Assembly: GCF_001458695.1 (NCBI RefSeq)
Contig: NZ_LN885086.1
Coordinates: 2,640,001 to 2,672,000 of the forward strand
From: Candidatus Nitrospira inopinata
GTDB taxonomy: Bacteria > Nitrospirota > Nitrospiria > Nitrospirales > Nitrospiraceae
Reading direction: 5' to 3'
DNA: 32,000 nt
The translations under genes were made by a program, and so were the position numbers. A model generated the notes under the pieces. That model did no database searches. It was not told where the DNA came from and was given only the letters and a program-made list of their open reading frames with translations. Shown piece by piece: positions 17,896-26,694 of the stretch. Every line of letters starts with the position of its first letter. Position 1 is the stretch's first letter.

Positions 17896-19419
17896 CTACG
17901 ATCCGTTTGTCGCTTCCATCTTTTTCTGAAGTGTTCGCCGCAACTCCACTAATGCCAACGTGTCTCTTGCACAGTATTGAAGCAATGCCGATCGAATGGC
18001 GGCTTGTTCGATCCAATCGGTCTCAACAAAGACCATGCGGTAATACTCGGCGGCGGCTTGTCCACCCGATTGAATGGTCAAATCACCGTATCCCAAAGAA
18101 GGCACCACCGCCGGCAAGACCGATTTGATGGAGTAGGACCCGTTGAACCGAGGATGGTAATAGTGCTGTTTGATGACCTCGTGCAGGTCCCAGAGACGCT
18201 TCAAAATGGGCTGAAACGCCGAACGAAACTCCGGAAACGCCTCGACCAGTTGCCGCATCATGGCCTCTTCATAGGAAGAGTACACGCAGATGCTCCCTTC
18301 CCGGCCCAGCGACTCGATCAACGCCTCCGCCCACCGTTTGCGCGGCTCGGTCGGCTCGACATGGAGAAATTCCCGATGGGTCAGGCAGCCCGGTTCTTCT
18401 TCAATATGGTTCGACCATTGCACGGGAATCGATTGGTAGGGCCTTGTGGAGGGGAAACGGGGCACCGCCAACATGACCGTTTCGAAATCCACGTGATGAA
18501 CCGGATAACGGATCGATCGCAAGGCGTCTCTCAGACCAGGAGAAATCCACTCGACATTTTCCTTCACTCGGCGTTGAGCGGGCGAAAGAGGCACGTCCGC
18601 GGGAATGTCGTCGATGATCGAGACCCCCCGATCGACCAAACGTTCGGCGACGTCTTTGGAGCCCGGCAGATAATAGATCCAGCGGTCGGGCTTGTTTTGG
18701 GTGCAATGGTTCCAAAAGGGACATTCATAGGGGCTGTGGCACTGGCGGCCCGGCTCGACCGCGGGGGGGACGGGGGCGAGTAACAGGGCTTTCATCGCGG
18801 CGATCCGCTCCGGCACCTCGATCCGCCGATTCGCCACGGCCGCCGTCACGTCTTCTATCGTGAACAACCGCCGCCAATCGACGGAGCCTCCTTCATACAC
18901 GTACTCGGTGTCGATGTGCATAAGACAGACGGCCGAGAGGAGCAGACCGGCGCCCTCCAACACCGCGCTTTGGATCGCCAGGTCGTCGAGATGGACGTCT
19001 TTTACGCGGGAGGACGATTTGACTTCGATCAACCGCCATGAACGGGGAGTCCCGTCAGGACCTGCGTCTCGTTCCAGAATGTCCGCGCGCACGAACACGC
19101 CGTCATGGTGAAACGCGCCTTCAAAAACGGCGGTGACGGATGGATCGGCCATCACGGACGCCGTGCGGGCCAGGGCCTCGTCTCGTTGGCGATGGCCTTC
19201 GTTGATCAACACTCCTCCGGGGAAAAGGCCCCGCGCGTGAATCCCGATCTCGGTTCCCATATCCAAGACTGCTTGTGTCGCGGGATCGGGAGGAGTGGCG
19301 CGCTCCGGATGATGCACCTCCAGATACAACCGTTTGTGGCACTGGAGTCCGGCCAGATACTTCGATTTCGACAGTCGAGGAAGGGTCGTCGAAGAGGAGC
19401 CGTCTTCCGAATGTATCAT
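17896..19419 (-). CDS. DUF2779-family protein (N-terminal Cas4/RecB-like PD-(D/E)xK nuclease with Cys cluster)
   Basis: 507 aa. LSKSKYLAGLQCHKRLYLEV, VRADILE...WRLIEVKSSS (D...ExK), CHSPYECPFWNHC (Cys cluster), C-terminal YPVHHVDFET...YCARDTLALVEL. Confidence 0.72.
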   Translation of the reverse strand: MIHSEDGSSSTTLPRLSKSKYLAGLQCHKRLYLEVHHPERATPPDPATQAVLDMGTEIGIHARGLFPGGVLINEGHRQRDEALARTASVMADPSVTAVFEGAFHHDGVFVRADILERDAGPDGTPRSWRLIEVKSSSRVKDVHLDDLAIQSAVLEGAGLLLSAVCLMHIDTEYVYEGGSVDWRRLFTIEDVTAAVANRRIEVPERIAAMKALLLAPVPPAVEPGRQCHSPYECPFWNHCTQNKPDRWIYYLPGSKDVAERLVDRGVSIIDDIPADVPLSPAQRRVKENVEWISPGLRDALRSIRYPVHHVDFETVMLAVPRFPSTRPYQSIPVQWSNHIEEEPGCLTHREFLHVEPTEPRKRWAEALIESLGREGSICVYSSYEEAMMRQLVEAFPEFRSAFQPILKRLWDLHEVIKQHYYHPRFNGSYSIKSVLPAVVPSLGYGDLTIQSGGQAAAEYYRMVFVETDWIEQAAIRSALLQYCARDTLALVELRRTLQKKMEATNGS

Positions 19420-19494
19420 CGAGCGTAACCCTATCGAACCGGGAATGGATTTGTCTAGTTCCGTCCTTCCGGTCTTCTGTTAGGATACGTCCCC

Positions 19495-20817
19495 ATGGCC
19501 GCCAGGCAACGCATCAGACGATCCGTGCTCTCTCTCGCGCTCCCCGTAACGGTCAGCACGTTGTTGCAACGGGCGGAGGGAATCGTCGCCGTCTTCTTGG
19601 TCGGAGGGCTCGGCGCGGGGTCGATCGCCGCCGTCGGCTTGGGGCAACTCCTTCTCTTTATCGCCACCACCCTGTTGTCCGGTCTGTCGGTCGGCGCCAA
19701 CGTGCTGGTGGCGCAACTTTGGGGGGCCAGGCGTCTCAAAGACGCCGGTGAAGCGGCCGTCCATCTCGTCTGCTGCTCGATCATCGCGTCCGTCTTGCTG
19801 GCCTTGATCGGAATGAGCGTCAATCAGTCGGCCATGGCCGCCTTGGGCGCGCAGCCCGACGTCATCGCCCAGGCCGTCCCCTATTCGAACATCATTTTTC
19901 TTGTCGTCCCCTTCACGATCCTGCTCCAGGTCCTCTCATCCATCCTCCAAGGGACGGGCGACACCAAAACGCCGATGTATGCCCTCATCGGCGTCAATCT
20001 GCTGCATATCCTCCTCGCCTATCCCTTGATTTACGGCAAATGGGGCGCGCCTGCCTGGGGCCTCGAAGGCGCGGCCTGGGCGGTCGGCCTGGCGGAATCG
20101 TCGGGAGCCGTCTATTTGCTCTGGCGCTGCCGAACGTTGTTCGAAAAATCCGGCGCCGTCCGGCTCGACCTGATCCAATCCGCTTGGCGGATCGGCGCCC
20201 CCGTGTCGGGCGAGCGCGTCCTGCAGCAAGCGGGGGTCATGTTTTACACGAAGATCGTCATCCTGTACGGCACCGTCTCGTATGCCGCTCATCAAGTCGG
20301 ACTGTCCATCGAGTCATTCTCGTTTCTGCCCGGCTACGGCTTCGCCATTGCGGCCGCCACCATGGTGGGGCAAAGCATCGGAGCCGGCAAGTACGTCCGC
20401 GCCAAGCTGGAAAACTGGGAGGCCAATCGCCTGGCAGCCGCTGGGATGGCGGCGATGGGGGCCGTGTTTTTCTTGTTTCCCTACGTGCTGATGCGGGCGT
20501 TCACACAGGATGAAGCCGTGGTGGAGCTGGGCACGCAGTTTCTGCGAATCGTAGCCGTTTTGCAGATTCCTCTGGCCCTGACGATGGTCTTGGCCGGTTC
20601 TCTCCGCGGGGCGGGCGATACCCGTTTCATCCTGTGGGCCACGACCGTCGGCATGTGGGGAGTCCGGGTTCCCCTGGCCTTTATTTTCGGAACCTGGCTG
20701 AAACTCGGGGTCGTCTATGTCTGGATGGCGATGATTGCGGATTGGTCGATCCGAATGGCCTTGTTGTTGTGGCGCTATCAATCGGAACGGTGGCGGGCCA
20801 TTCAGCTCTTGCGGTGA
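19495..20817 (+). CDS. MATE-family efflux transporter
   Basis: 440 aa with about 12 hydrophobic segments. N-terminal RRSVLSLALPVTVSTLLQ and LQGTGDTKTPMY / LRGAGDTRF repeats typical of the two MatE halves. Confidence 0.85.
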   Translation: MAARQRIRRSVLSLALPVTVSTLLQRAEGIVAVFLVGGLGAGSIAAVGLGQLLLFIATTLLSGLSVGANVLVAQLWGARRLKDAGEAAVHLVCCSIIASVLLALIGMSVNQSAMAALGAQPDVIAQAVPYSNIIFLVVPFTILLQVLSSILQGTGDTKTPMYALIGVNLLHILLAYPLIYGKWGAPAWGLEGAAWAVGLAESSGAVYLLWRCRTLFEKSGAVRLDLIQSAWRIGAPVSGERVLQQAGVMFYTKIVILYGTVSYAAHQVGLSIESFSFLPGYGFAIAAATMVGQSIGAGKYVRAKLENWEANRLAAAGMAAMGAVFFLFPYVLMRAFTQDEAVVELGTQFLRIVAVLQIPLALTMVLAGSLRGAGDTRFILWATTVGMWGVRVPLAFIFGTWLKLGVVYVWMAMIADWSIRMALLLWRYQSERWRAIQLLR

Positions 20818-21167
20818 TCGGACCAGGCATAGGCCGCGCCGAAACATGCTCCCGCCACCGCGGCCCGTATGAATACATCATCGGCCCGATCGGCAATGGC
20901 CCACCACACCATTGCGGCGAGAATCCCGGCCACCGCCCCCAAGAGAATCTTCCCACCGGCCAGGTTCAGCCAATCCGTCAACAAGACGCGGGCGGCCATA
21001 TACATCACGCCGGCCGCCATGGCGGCCCACAGATAAGAAAGTCCGTAATCGAAGAACCACACTTGGATGGCGCCGACGATCGCGCCGATGATGAAGCCGG
21101 TGATCGCCCGTGCAAGGAGCGGGATGGAGATGGTGCGGGGTTCCGCTGTCTGTTCCTCTCCGCTCAT
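20802..21167 (-). CDS. Hypothetical small membrane protein
   Basis: About 121 aa from ATG 21167 (the tracked ORF starts at TTG 21197). Three to four hydrophobic glycine/alanine-rich segments. Its 3' end overlaps the convergent MATE gene by 16 nt. Confidence 0.45.
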   Translation of the reverse strand: MSGEEQTAEPRTISIPLLARAITGFIIGAIVGAIQVWFFDYGLSYLWAAMAAGVMYMAARVLLTDWLNLAGGKILLGAVAGILAAMVWWAIADRADDVFIRAAVAGACFGAAYAWSDHRKS

Positions 21168-21324
21168 GTGAGGATTCTTACCCTTTTCCCTCTCCAAATA
21201 GCAAGGAGGTCATGCGCTGTCCGTTCGCCACGGCCGGTCGCCGGCGACAGACACCGTTCGTCAGACTTCATCACCGTCACCGTTGCTGAACAGGGTGATT
21301 TTTTAGTCCGTTGAGTTGAAAAGC

Positions 21325-22104
21325 CTAGTACAACCACACCCGTCCGCCGGAGCGGAGTACGACCCCGGATTGCGGCGTGACCTGCTCTCTGCCGAACAAC
21401 CGGCGGCGCTCGGGCCGCATGAGATAGAGCCTCGCGGCTTCGAGCATCGATCCTCGATCCCCTTGCGCGTCCAGTGTAACCCCCAAAATTTCCCGCCAGG
21501 CCGAACGCCAGAGCCACGGTCGAATGTGGATGGGGTCGAATCCATACCAGGCCGGGTTCAACGGAAAAAACCCCGCGCCATATTTCGCGGCCAACAAGGC
21601 TAATCCCCCGTTGACCTCCTCCGCCCGATCGAGAACTTGCGCCAACGAGAGCCGACAAGACGGCACTAAGACCGTGCGAAAGGCCAGAAACTTGAGATTC
21701 GTCAGGCGGCGGATTGAGGCAAGCGGAAGCCCGGTTAGTACGATATCCTGTGTGGTGCGACCGAGGAGAACCAGTACTTCTTCGACCCATCCCACTATGC
21801 GTTCGACGGGAAACCCGTACAGAATGTCATTGCCGACGTCGGTGACCAGCCCCCTGGTGCTCTTCCTGGGTTGTCGTTCCAATTCGTGCCACAAGCCGGA
21901 CTTGAGAATACCGGGCAAGGTGCGAACGAGAAACCGGCTCGGGGCTCCGTATGATCGTCCGTGACCGAGTGCCGCGAAGACTTCGACTTCCGGCCCCCAG
22001 ACCGACCGAGCCGAGGCGACGACCGTGTAGAAGCCTCTTGTCAAATTACTCGCGCCGAGGGCCACGATCCGCTCTATCCGGTCGGCCATCGGCAACCTTG
22101 ACAA
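21325..22104 (-). CDS. SGNH/GDSL-like hydrolase family protein (hypothetical)
   Basis: 259 aa. Block I-like IVALGASN, block III-like LVTDVGNDILYG, block V-like FDPIHIRP (DxxH). Confidence 0.5.
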   Translation of the reverse strand: MSRLPMADRIERIVALGASNLTRGFYTVVASARSVWGPEVEVFAALGHGRSYGAPSRFLVRTLPGILKSGLWHELERQPRKSTRGLVTDVGNDILYGFPVERIVGWVEEVLVLLGRTTQDIVLTGLPLASIRRLTNLKFLAFRTVLVPSCRLSLAQVLDRAEEVNGGLALLAAKYGAGFFPLNPAWYGFDPIHIRPWLWRSAWREILGVTLDAQGDRGSMLEAARLYLMRPERRRLFGREQVTPQSGVVLRSGGRVWLY

Positions 22105-22141
22105 AGTCAGAACTTACACGTCGCGTGGATGAGAGCCCCCG

Positions 22142-23509
22142 TCATGTTCGGCCTCCGGTCTGAATCTCCGGAGGACAAGTCGTTTGTCTCGTGTCGCGCC
22201 CCGGTCCCTTGGTGATTTCAATCCGCCCCACGCCCTTCACGTTGGCGCAGAGATCGCCCAAACCGGGAGTGATCAGGCGAAACGGTCCGCCTTTCGACGC
22301 GGGCAACGGCGCTCCTTCCAGTTCATACACAAGGACGCCGTACTCCATGGCCTGCCGCAACGTAAGACAGGCCGAATAGGTTCCATCAGCCGAGTGAACG
22401 GTGACGTGATCCGCGTCAACGGCCAGCGCCGGAACGTCAAGCAAGCCTCTCAGCCGAATGCCTCGCCCCGTTGCGCCGGGCATAACGGTCGAAACGTCCA
22501 CGTGATGCTCGGCCGGCAGGGCCGCAATGGCTGTGTGATCGAACGACACCGGTTGCACCACCGCGCCTTCGATGCGGACTCGTCCGGGGCCCGTCCGTTC
22601 TTTCTCCGTCAGAGTCTTGATCATCGCCGTGAGAGCTTCATTCACCGGCGTGGGAATGCCGAGTTCGCGCCCTTTTTTGACGATATAACCGTTTAAGGCG
22701 TCGATTTCGGTCCGGCGTCCTGCCGCCCAATCATCGTACATGGAAGTGTGGATATCGCGAATTTCCTGTGTCGCCTTCACGACCCGTTCCGGCATGTCCG
22801 GGGGCAAGGGAACCTTCAACGCCGCCGAGACCGCCGCCACCTCTCCGACCACTTGCCGGATGACCCCCATCATCTCCGGATGGTCCAACGCCAAAGCGAC
22901 GCGGTCGTTGATCAGAACCGTGATGGGATTGAAGACACAGTTCCAGCACATCTTTTCCCACTTCGTTCGTCGGATGTCCTTTGCAAGGTGGCAGGGGATG
23001 CCGGCGGCGGCAAAGAGGTCGCGAATCGCCAGCAGGCGAGGACTCTCGTGTCCCATTAATTCGCCGATCGCCACGGCGCCTCTCTTATAATGCTCGATGA
23101 CGCCGGGTTCGGCGATTTTGGAATAGATATAGGCCACTCCTCCGACGACGCAATCCCGTTGAAACCGATCCAATACGCGATTTTCCGTTTCGATCCCGTT
23201 CTGGAGCGTCAGAATCACCGTCTTGTCGGTCATGACCGGCTCGATCTGATCCATCACCTCGTCAAGGTTGTAGGCCTTGACCCCCAGAATGATTAGGTCC
23301 GGGACAGGAAGGTCCCTGGCATCCGAGGAGGCTTGAGGCCGAACGGTGAAAGACCCGGTTGCGCTCCGAACGGTCAGGCCCCGTTGGACGACCGCCGCCA
23401 GCGTCTTGGGCCGCAGCAAGAAAGAGACATGGCAATGGTGTTTGGCCAGATGGGCGCCGAAGTATCCACCAACGGACCCTGCACCGACGACGAGGATCTG
23501 TTTCATCAA
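22142..23509 (-). CDS. panE: 2-dehydropantoate 2-reductase (PanE/ApbA) fused to a C-terminal molybdopterin-oxidoreductase-like domain
   Basis: N-terminus ILVVGAGSVGGYFGAHLA (Rossmann), KWEKMCWNCVFNPITV, DIHTSMYDDWAAGRRTEIDALNGYIV. The C-terminal ~140 aa (VRIEGAVVQPVSFDH...IRLRGLLD...VTVHSADGTYSACLTLRQAMEYGVLVYELEGAPLPASKGGPFRLITPG...NVKGVGRIEI) resembles the Moco-binding domain of the sulfite oxidase/YedY family. Confidence 0.78.
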   Translation of the reverse strand: MMKQILVVGAGSVGGYFGAHLAKHHCHVSFLLRPKTLAAVVQRGLTVRSATGSFTVRPQASSDARDLPVPDLIILGVKAYNLDEVMDQIEPVMTDKTVILTLQNGIETENRVLDRFQRDCVVGGVAYIYSKIAEPGVIEHYKRGAVAIGELMGHESPRLLAIRDLFAAAGIPCHLAKDIRRTKWEKMCWNCVFNPITVLINDRVALALDHPEMMGVIRQVVGEVAAVSAALKVPLPPDMPERVVKATQEIRDIHTSMYDDWAAGRRTEIDALNGYIVKKGRELGIPTPVNEALTAMIKTLTEKERTGPGRVRIEGAVVQPVSFDHTAIAALPAEHHVDVSTVMPGATGRGIRLRGLLDVPALAVDADHVTVHSADGTYSACLTLRQAMEYGVLVYELEGAPLPASKGGPFRLITPGLGDLCANVKGVGRIEITKGPGRDTRQTTCPPEIQTGGRT

Positions 23510-23611
23510 GAGACTCCGTCTGTTGCGCTGGAAGTGACGGTACTATAGCATGGAGCGCGGCGGGACGCAGCATCGTGCCGTGCGCCATAAGCTTGCATCA
23601 GAGCCTGCATC

Positions 23612-24352
23612 ATGACCGGGGGACCGTCATCGGATCTCAAGCTCCTCAAGCGCCGACTCATCGAGGCGCGAGCGGTCGTCGTTTTGACTGGAGCCGGCAT
23701 TTCCGCCGACAGCGGCGTCCCCACCTTTCGGGGAGCGGACGGTCTCTGGCGGACCCATCGAGCCGAGGAGCTGGCCACGCCCGAAGCGTTTGAACGGGAC
23801 CCGCGCCTGGTCTGGGAATGGTACAACTGGCGGAGAGAACTCATCGCCGCCATACGTCCGAATGACGCTCACTACGCCCTGGTCGAGCTGGAAAAACGAC
23901 GCGAGCGGTTTTGGTTGATTACGCAGAACGTGGACGGGTTGCATCGGGAGGCCGGCTCCCGCAAGCTCTCCGAGATTCACGGCAACATCTGGATGGTCCG
24001 CTGTACTCAATGCGGGCGCGTCGAGGAGGACCGATCGGTGCCGATCAAGATTCTCCCCTCCTGTGCCGGATGCGCCGGTCTTCTAAGGCCTCACATCGTC
24101 TGGTTCGGAGAATCGCTCGATCCAACGGACATGGCCCGTTGCCATGACGTCCTTCGGTCCTGCGACGCGTTGTTGATTATCGGAACGTCCGGCGTGGTCT
24201 ATCCGGCGGCCGGTTTTGCCGCCATCGCCAAGCAAGCGGGAGCGTTCGTGGGGGAAATCAATCCCGACGAAACGCCGCAGACCGATCTTGCCGACGTCTC
24301 GTTGCGCGGGCGAGCGAAAGACGTGGTGCCGCTGCTTCTTAGCGACGGATGA
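23612..24352 (+). CDS. cobB: NAD-dependent protein deacylase (Sir2/CobB family)
   Basis: 246 aa. GAGISADSGVPTFRG, QNVDGLH, HGN, zinc ribbon CTQCG...CAGC, IIGTSGVVYPAA. Confidence 0.88.
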   Translation: MTGGPSSDLKLLKRRLIEARAVVVLTGAGISADSGVPTFRGADGLWRTHRAEELATPEAFERDPRLVWEWYNWRRELIAAIRPNDAHYALVELEKRRERFWLITQNVDGLHREAGSRKLSEIHGNIWMVRCTQCGRVEEDRSVPIKILPSCAGCAGLLRPHIVWFGESLDPTDMARCHDVLRSCDALLIIGTSGVVYPAAGFAAIAKQAGAFVGEINPDETPQTDLADVSLRGRAKDVVPLLLSDG

Positions 24353-24402
24353 AGACGTTCCGATCGATCAAGCGCGAGAGCCGTTCCTCTCACTTCCGAT
24401 TC

Positions 24403-25137
24403 TTACCGGCCGAGCCGCTCTATCACCTCATCCACTTCATCCAAGGTTCGCACGGCATAACCCAGTTGATTCCCGTGCGTCCCCTCTCGATCCAACAAAA
24501 GGGCGTGTAGCCCGGATCGACGGGCTCCCTCCAAGTCGTCCCGCACGCTGTCGCCCACGTGCAACGCCTCTTCCGGATCAACGGCATGTTTATTCAGCGC
24601 CAATTGAAAAATCTTGGAGGCCGGTTTCGCCGCCTGCGCCAGGCTGGAAATCGTCACTGTGTCGAACAAATCGGCGATCCCCAGGCCTCGCATGACCGAA
24701 AACAGGCGCGAGTCAAAATTCGAAATGATTCCCAATTCCAGCTCCCGCTCCTTCAATCGCGCCAGCGTCGACATTGTCTCCGGAAAGAGCTCCCACGAGG
24801 CGGGATCTTCAAAGACCTCAAAGACACGGTCGAAAAAATCGTCGAACCGTTCGAACATGCCGACGCGGTAGAACACGTTGTGGACGATGTCGAACCACCA
24901 CAACCGCTCGCTTTGCTTGATGTGAGCCGGTTCCGTCGTCGCAAAGACCGGCGGCGGGGCCTCGCGAAAAGCCCGGCCGAAGGCCTCCTTGATCGAGACA
25001 AGAGAATCGGCTTTCTGCTGAAAACCGAACTGGACGGCGTACCGGAGATAGATCTCGGCGACCGACCCGCGCACACGAAACAACGTGCCGGCGGCGTCGA
25101 AGAAAACGACTCGTATGGAAAGAGCGTCTCGCGTCAT
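24403..25137 (-). CDS. HAD-superfamily hydrolase (subfamily IA, REG-2-like)
   Basis: 244 aa. Motif I VVFFDAAGTLF, motif II IISNFD, motif III/IV KP...VGDSVRDDLEGA. Confidence 0.8.
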   Translation of the reverse strand: MTRDALSIRVVFFDAAGTLFRVRGSVAEIYLRYAVQFGFQQKADSLVSIKEAFGRAFREAPPPVFATTEPAHIKQSERLWWFDIVHNVFYRVGMFERFDDFFDRVFEVFEDPASWELFPETMSTLARLKERELELGIISNFDSRLFSVMRGLGIADLFDTVTISSLAQAAKPASKIFQLALNKHAVDPEEALHVGDSVRDDLEGARRSGLHALLLDREGTHGNQLGYAVRTLDEVDEVIERLGR

Positions 25138-25219
25138 TCCGTCATCCGTCCGCGCATAAGACCCGTCGCCGCTTCAACGCGGCGCGTGACGTCCGCGCAC
25201 GAGCCAAACCGCGGTTTTC

Positions 25220-25248
25220 TTGACAAAGCCTACCCTCACTGTTAGCTT
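25220..25248 (+). promoter_or_regulatory. Candidate sigma70-type promoter for the response-regulator gene
   Basis: TTGACA (25220..25225), 17-nt spacer, TAGCTT (25243..25248), 23 nt before the ATG at 25272. Consensus matching by eye only. Confidence 0.35.
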
Positions 25249-25271
25249 CGAACACAACCTGAGAACGTCCT

Positions 25272-26405
25272 ATGTCGGCTTCCATTTTCATCGTTGACAG
25301 CAGCCCCGCCGTGCGTCGGATGGTCGAGCAAATCTCGACGCCGGAGGGGTTTGAAGTCCTTGGATTTCAAGACGGTCCGGCCGCGTTGGAGGCCGCCAGA
25401 CGCACCAACCCCGCGCTCATTATCGCAGACTATCATCTCGATCACATGACGTTCTCGGGATTTTGTCGAGAGCTCCATAAGCTGGAGCACTTGTCGGAAA
25501 CCAGACTGATTTCGCTGATCAATTCAGCCGACCATCCCGATGAAGGGCATCTTCGCTCCTTGGGCGTGACCGCTTGCCTGAACAAACCGGTTCAAGCCGA
25601 TGAACTCCTCGACGCCATCAAAACAACGGTCGAGCGGCATCACCATGCGCGGAACGGTGCGAGTCTCAAGCGGCGAGCGTGGCCGCCGACGGCCGCTTCG
25701 ACCGATTCCGACCAGCCGAACGATGTGGGAACGCCCGTTTTGAACGTTTTTTCTGATCGGCAAGGAGAACAAGTCGTGATTCAGCATGAACCGTCGCAAC
25801 CTTCCGCTTCAACCGCGCCATCTCCCGCCGGTCCCCAAGACGCGATAAAAGGCTTTTTCGACCAAATCCTGCAATCCACCGTCAAGGAAATCGAAAATCG
25901 CTTCGCCGAAATCCTGCCCCGCATGGTTGAAGAAGCGCTCGCTCGCCATGTGCGGCCCATGGTCGAACGCGAAATAGAAACAAGGCTCGGCGAGATGCTG
26001 TCGGCCGATCGGATGGCCCCGCTCATCCAACCGGTGATCTCACAAGGACTCCCTTCTCTGGTGGGAAAAGAAATGGCGCAGAACGAACCGCTCATCCGAC
26101 AAGCCGCTTCCGACACGGCCGGTCTTTTGATCAAGGAGAAGCTCGACCAATGGATCACCGACCACGCCGAAGCCGGTCTGCGCGAACACACGTCCGATCT
26201 GCTTCGCGTGCGCATTGAGGCGATGGATCAGACGATCAAAGACGAAGTGCAATTGACGGTAACCCAGAGGGTGACGTCGCAGGTCGATCACATCGTGCGG
26301 TCGATCGCTCAAGAAGCGATCGACCGGTCGGTCCAACAGGTGGTTCCTGAACTCGCCGAACGACACATCAAGGCCGAACTCAAGCGGCTGACCGATCCCG
26401 ACTGA
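25272..26405 (+). CDS. Response regulator: receiver domain plus ~250-aa uncharacterised helical C-terminal region
   Basis: 377 aa. IFIVDSSPAVRR, PALIIADYHL (phospho-acceptor Asp), CLNKP (conserved Lys). I recognise no DNA-binding or enzymatic output domain. Confidence 0.72.
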   Translation: MSASIFIVDSSPAVRRMVEQISTPEGFEVLGFQDGPAALEAARRTNPALIIADYHLDHMTFSGFCRELHKLEHLSETRLISLINSADHPDEGHLRSLGVTACLNKPVQADELLDAIKTTVERHHHARNGASLKRRAWPPTAASTDSDQPNDVGTPVLNVFSDRQGEQVVIQHEPSQPSASTAPSPAGPQDAIKGFFDQILQSTVKEIENRFAEILPRMVEEALARHVRPMVEREIETRLGEMLSADRMAPLIQPVISQGLPSLVGKEMAQNEPLIRQAASDTAGLLIKEKLDQWITDHAEAGLREHTSDLLRVRIEAMDQTIKDEVQLTVTQRVTSQVDHIVRSIAQEAIDRSVQQVVPELAERHIKAELKRLTDPD

Positions 26406-26420
26406 AACGCCTCTCTTTTT

Positions 26421-26540
26421 CTATCCTTTCTTTCCTCGCTTTGCCGCCGCGCGGCGAGTCTTCGCCAGCGCCTTCAGCCGTTTCACGTTTTTTCGATGTT
26501 TCTTTCTCGTTTTTCGATCCTTCTCGCGTCCTCGTGCCAT
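26421..26540 (-). CDS. Very basic 39-aa protein (hypothetical)
   Basis: MARGREKDRKTRKKHRKNVKRLKALAKTRRAAAKRGKKG. GGGAGA Shine-Dalgarno 4 nt upstream of the ATG at 26540, and a candidate promoter upstream. I recognise no family. Confidence 0.4.
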   Translation of the reverse strand: MARGREKDRKTRKKHRKNVKRLKALAKTRRAAAKRGKKG

Positions 26541-26585
26541 GCCGTCTCCCTGCAATAAAAAAATTGAACTCCCGGTGACGGCGAT

Positions 26586-26614
26586 TGTATAGCATAGGCC
26601 GGACAGGGTCACAA
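26586..26614 (-). promoter_or_regulatory. Candidate extended -10 promoter for the small basic ORF
   Basis: On the minus strand: TTGTGA (26614..26609), 17-nt spacer ending in TGC, TATACA (26591..26586), giving TGcTATACA. By eye only. Confidence 0.3.
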
Positions 26615-26694
26615 GCAGCCGGCTCCGTTTCCGGCTGCATTGATCCATGCTAAGATGCCGCCCGCTTCAAGAACCGTCGGAAGGATACTCGTCT

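Noticed and set aside
21178-21200. ccctctcc, matching 8 nt of the tRNA-Ser 3' acceptor end, as a possible att repeat delimiting an island from 17796.
   Set aside because: An 8-nt match is expected by chance at this distance. No integrase is present, and the DUF2779 and MATE genes show no compositional shift.
21202-21288. Perfect AAGGAGGT followed by ATG and a 25-codon Arg/His-rich plus-strand ORF, in the gap between the membrane-protein and SGNH-like genes.
   Set aside because: The SD-to-ATG spacing is only 2 to 3 nt, too short for efficient initiation. The peptide is low-complexity and the ORF is antisense to the local transcription direction. I have no supporting evidence.
26615-26638. 8-bp GC hairpin (GCAGCCGG-ctccgttt-CCGGCTGC) as a possible terminator between the small basic ORF and valS.
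   Set aside because: It is not followed by a T-run on either strand. It lies upstream of both divergent genes rather than downstream of one, so it does not fit an intrinsic terminator. Any function is unknown.
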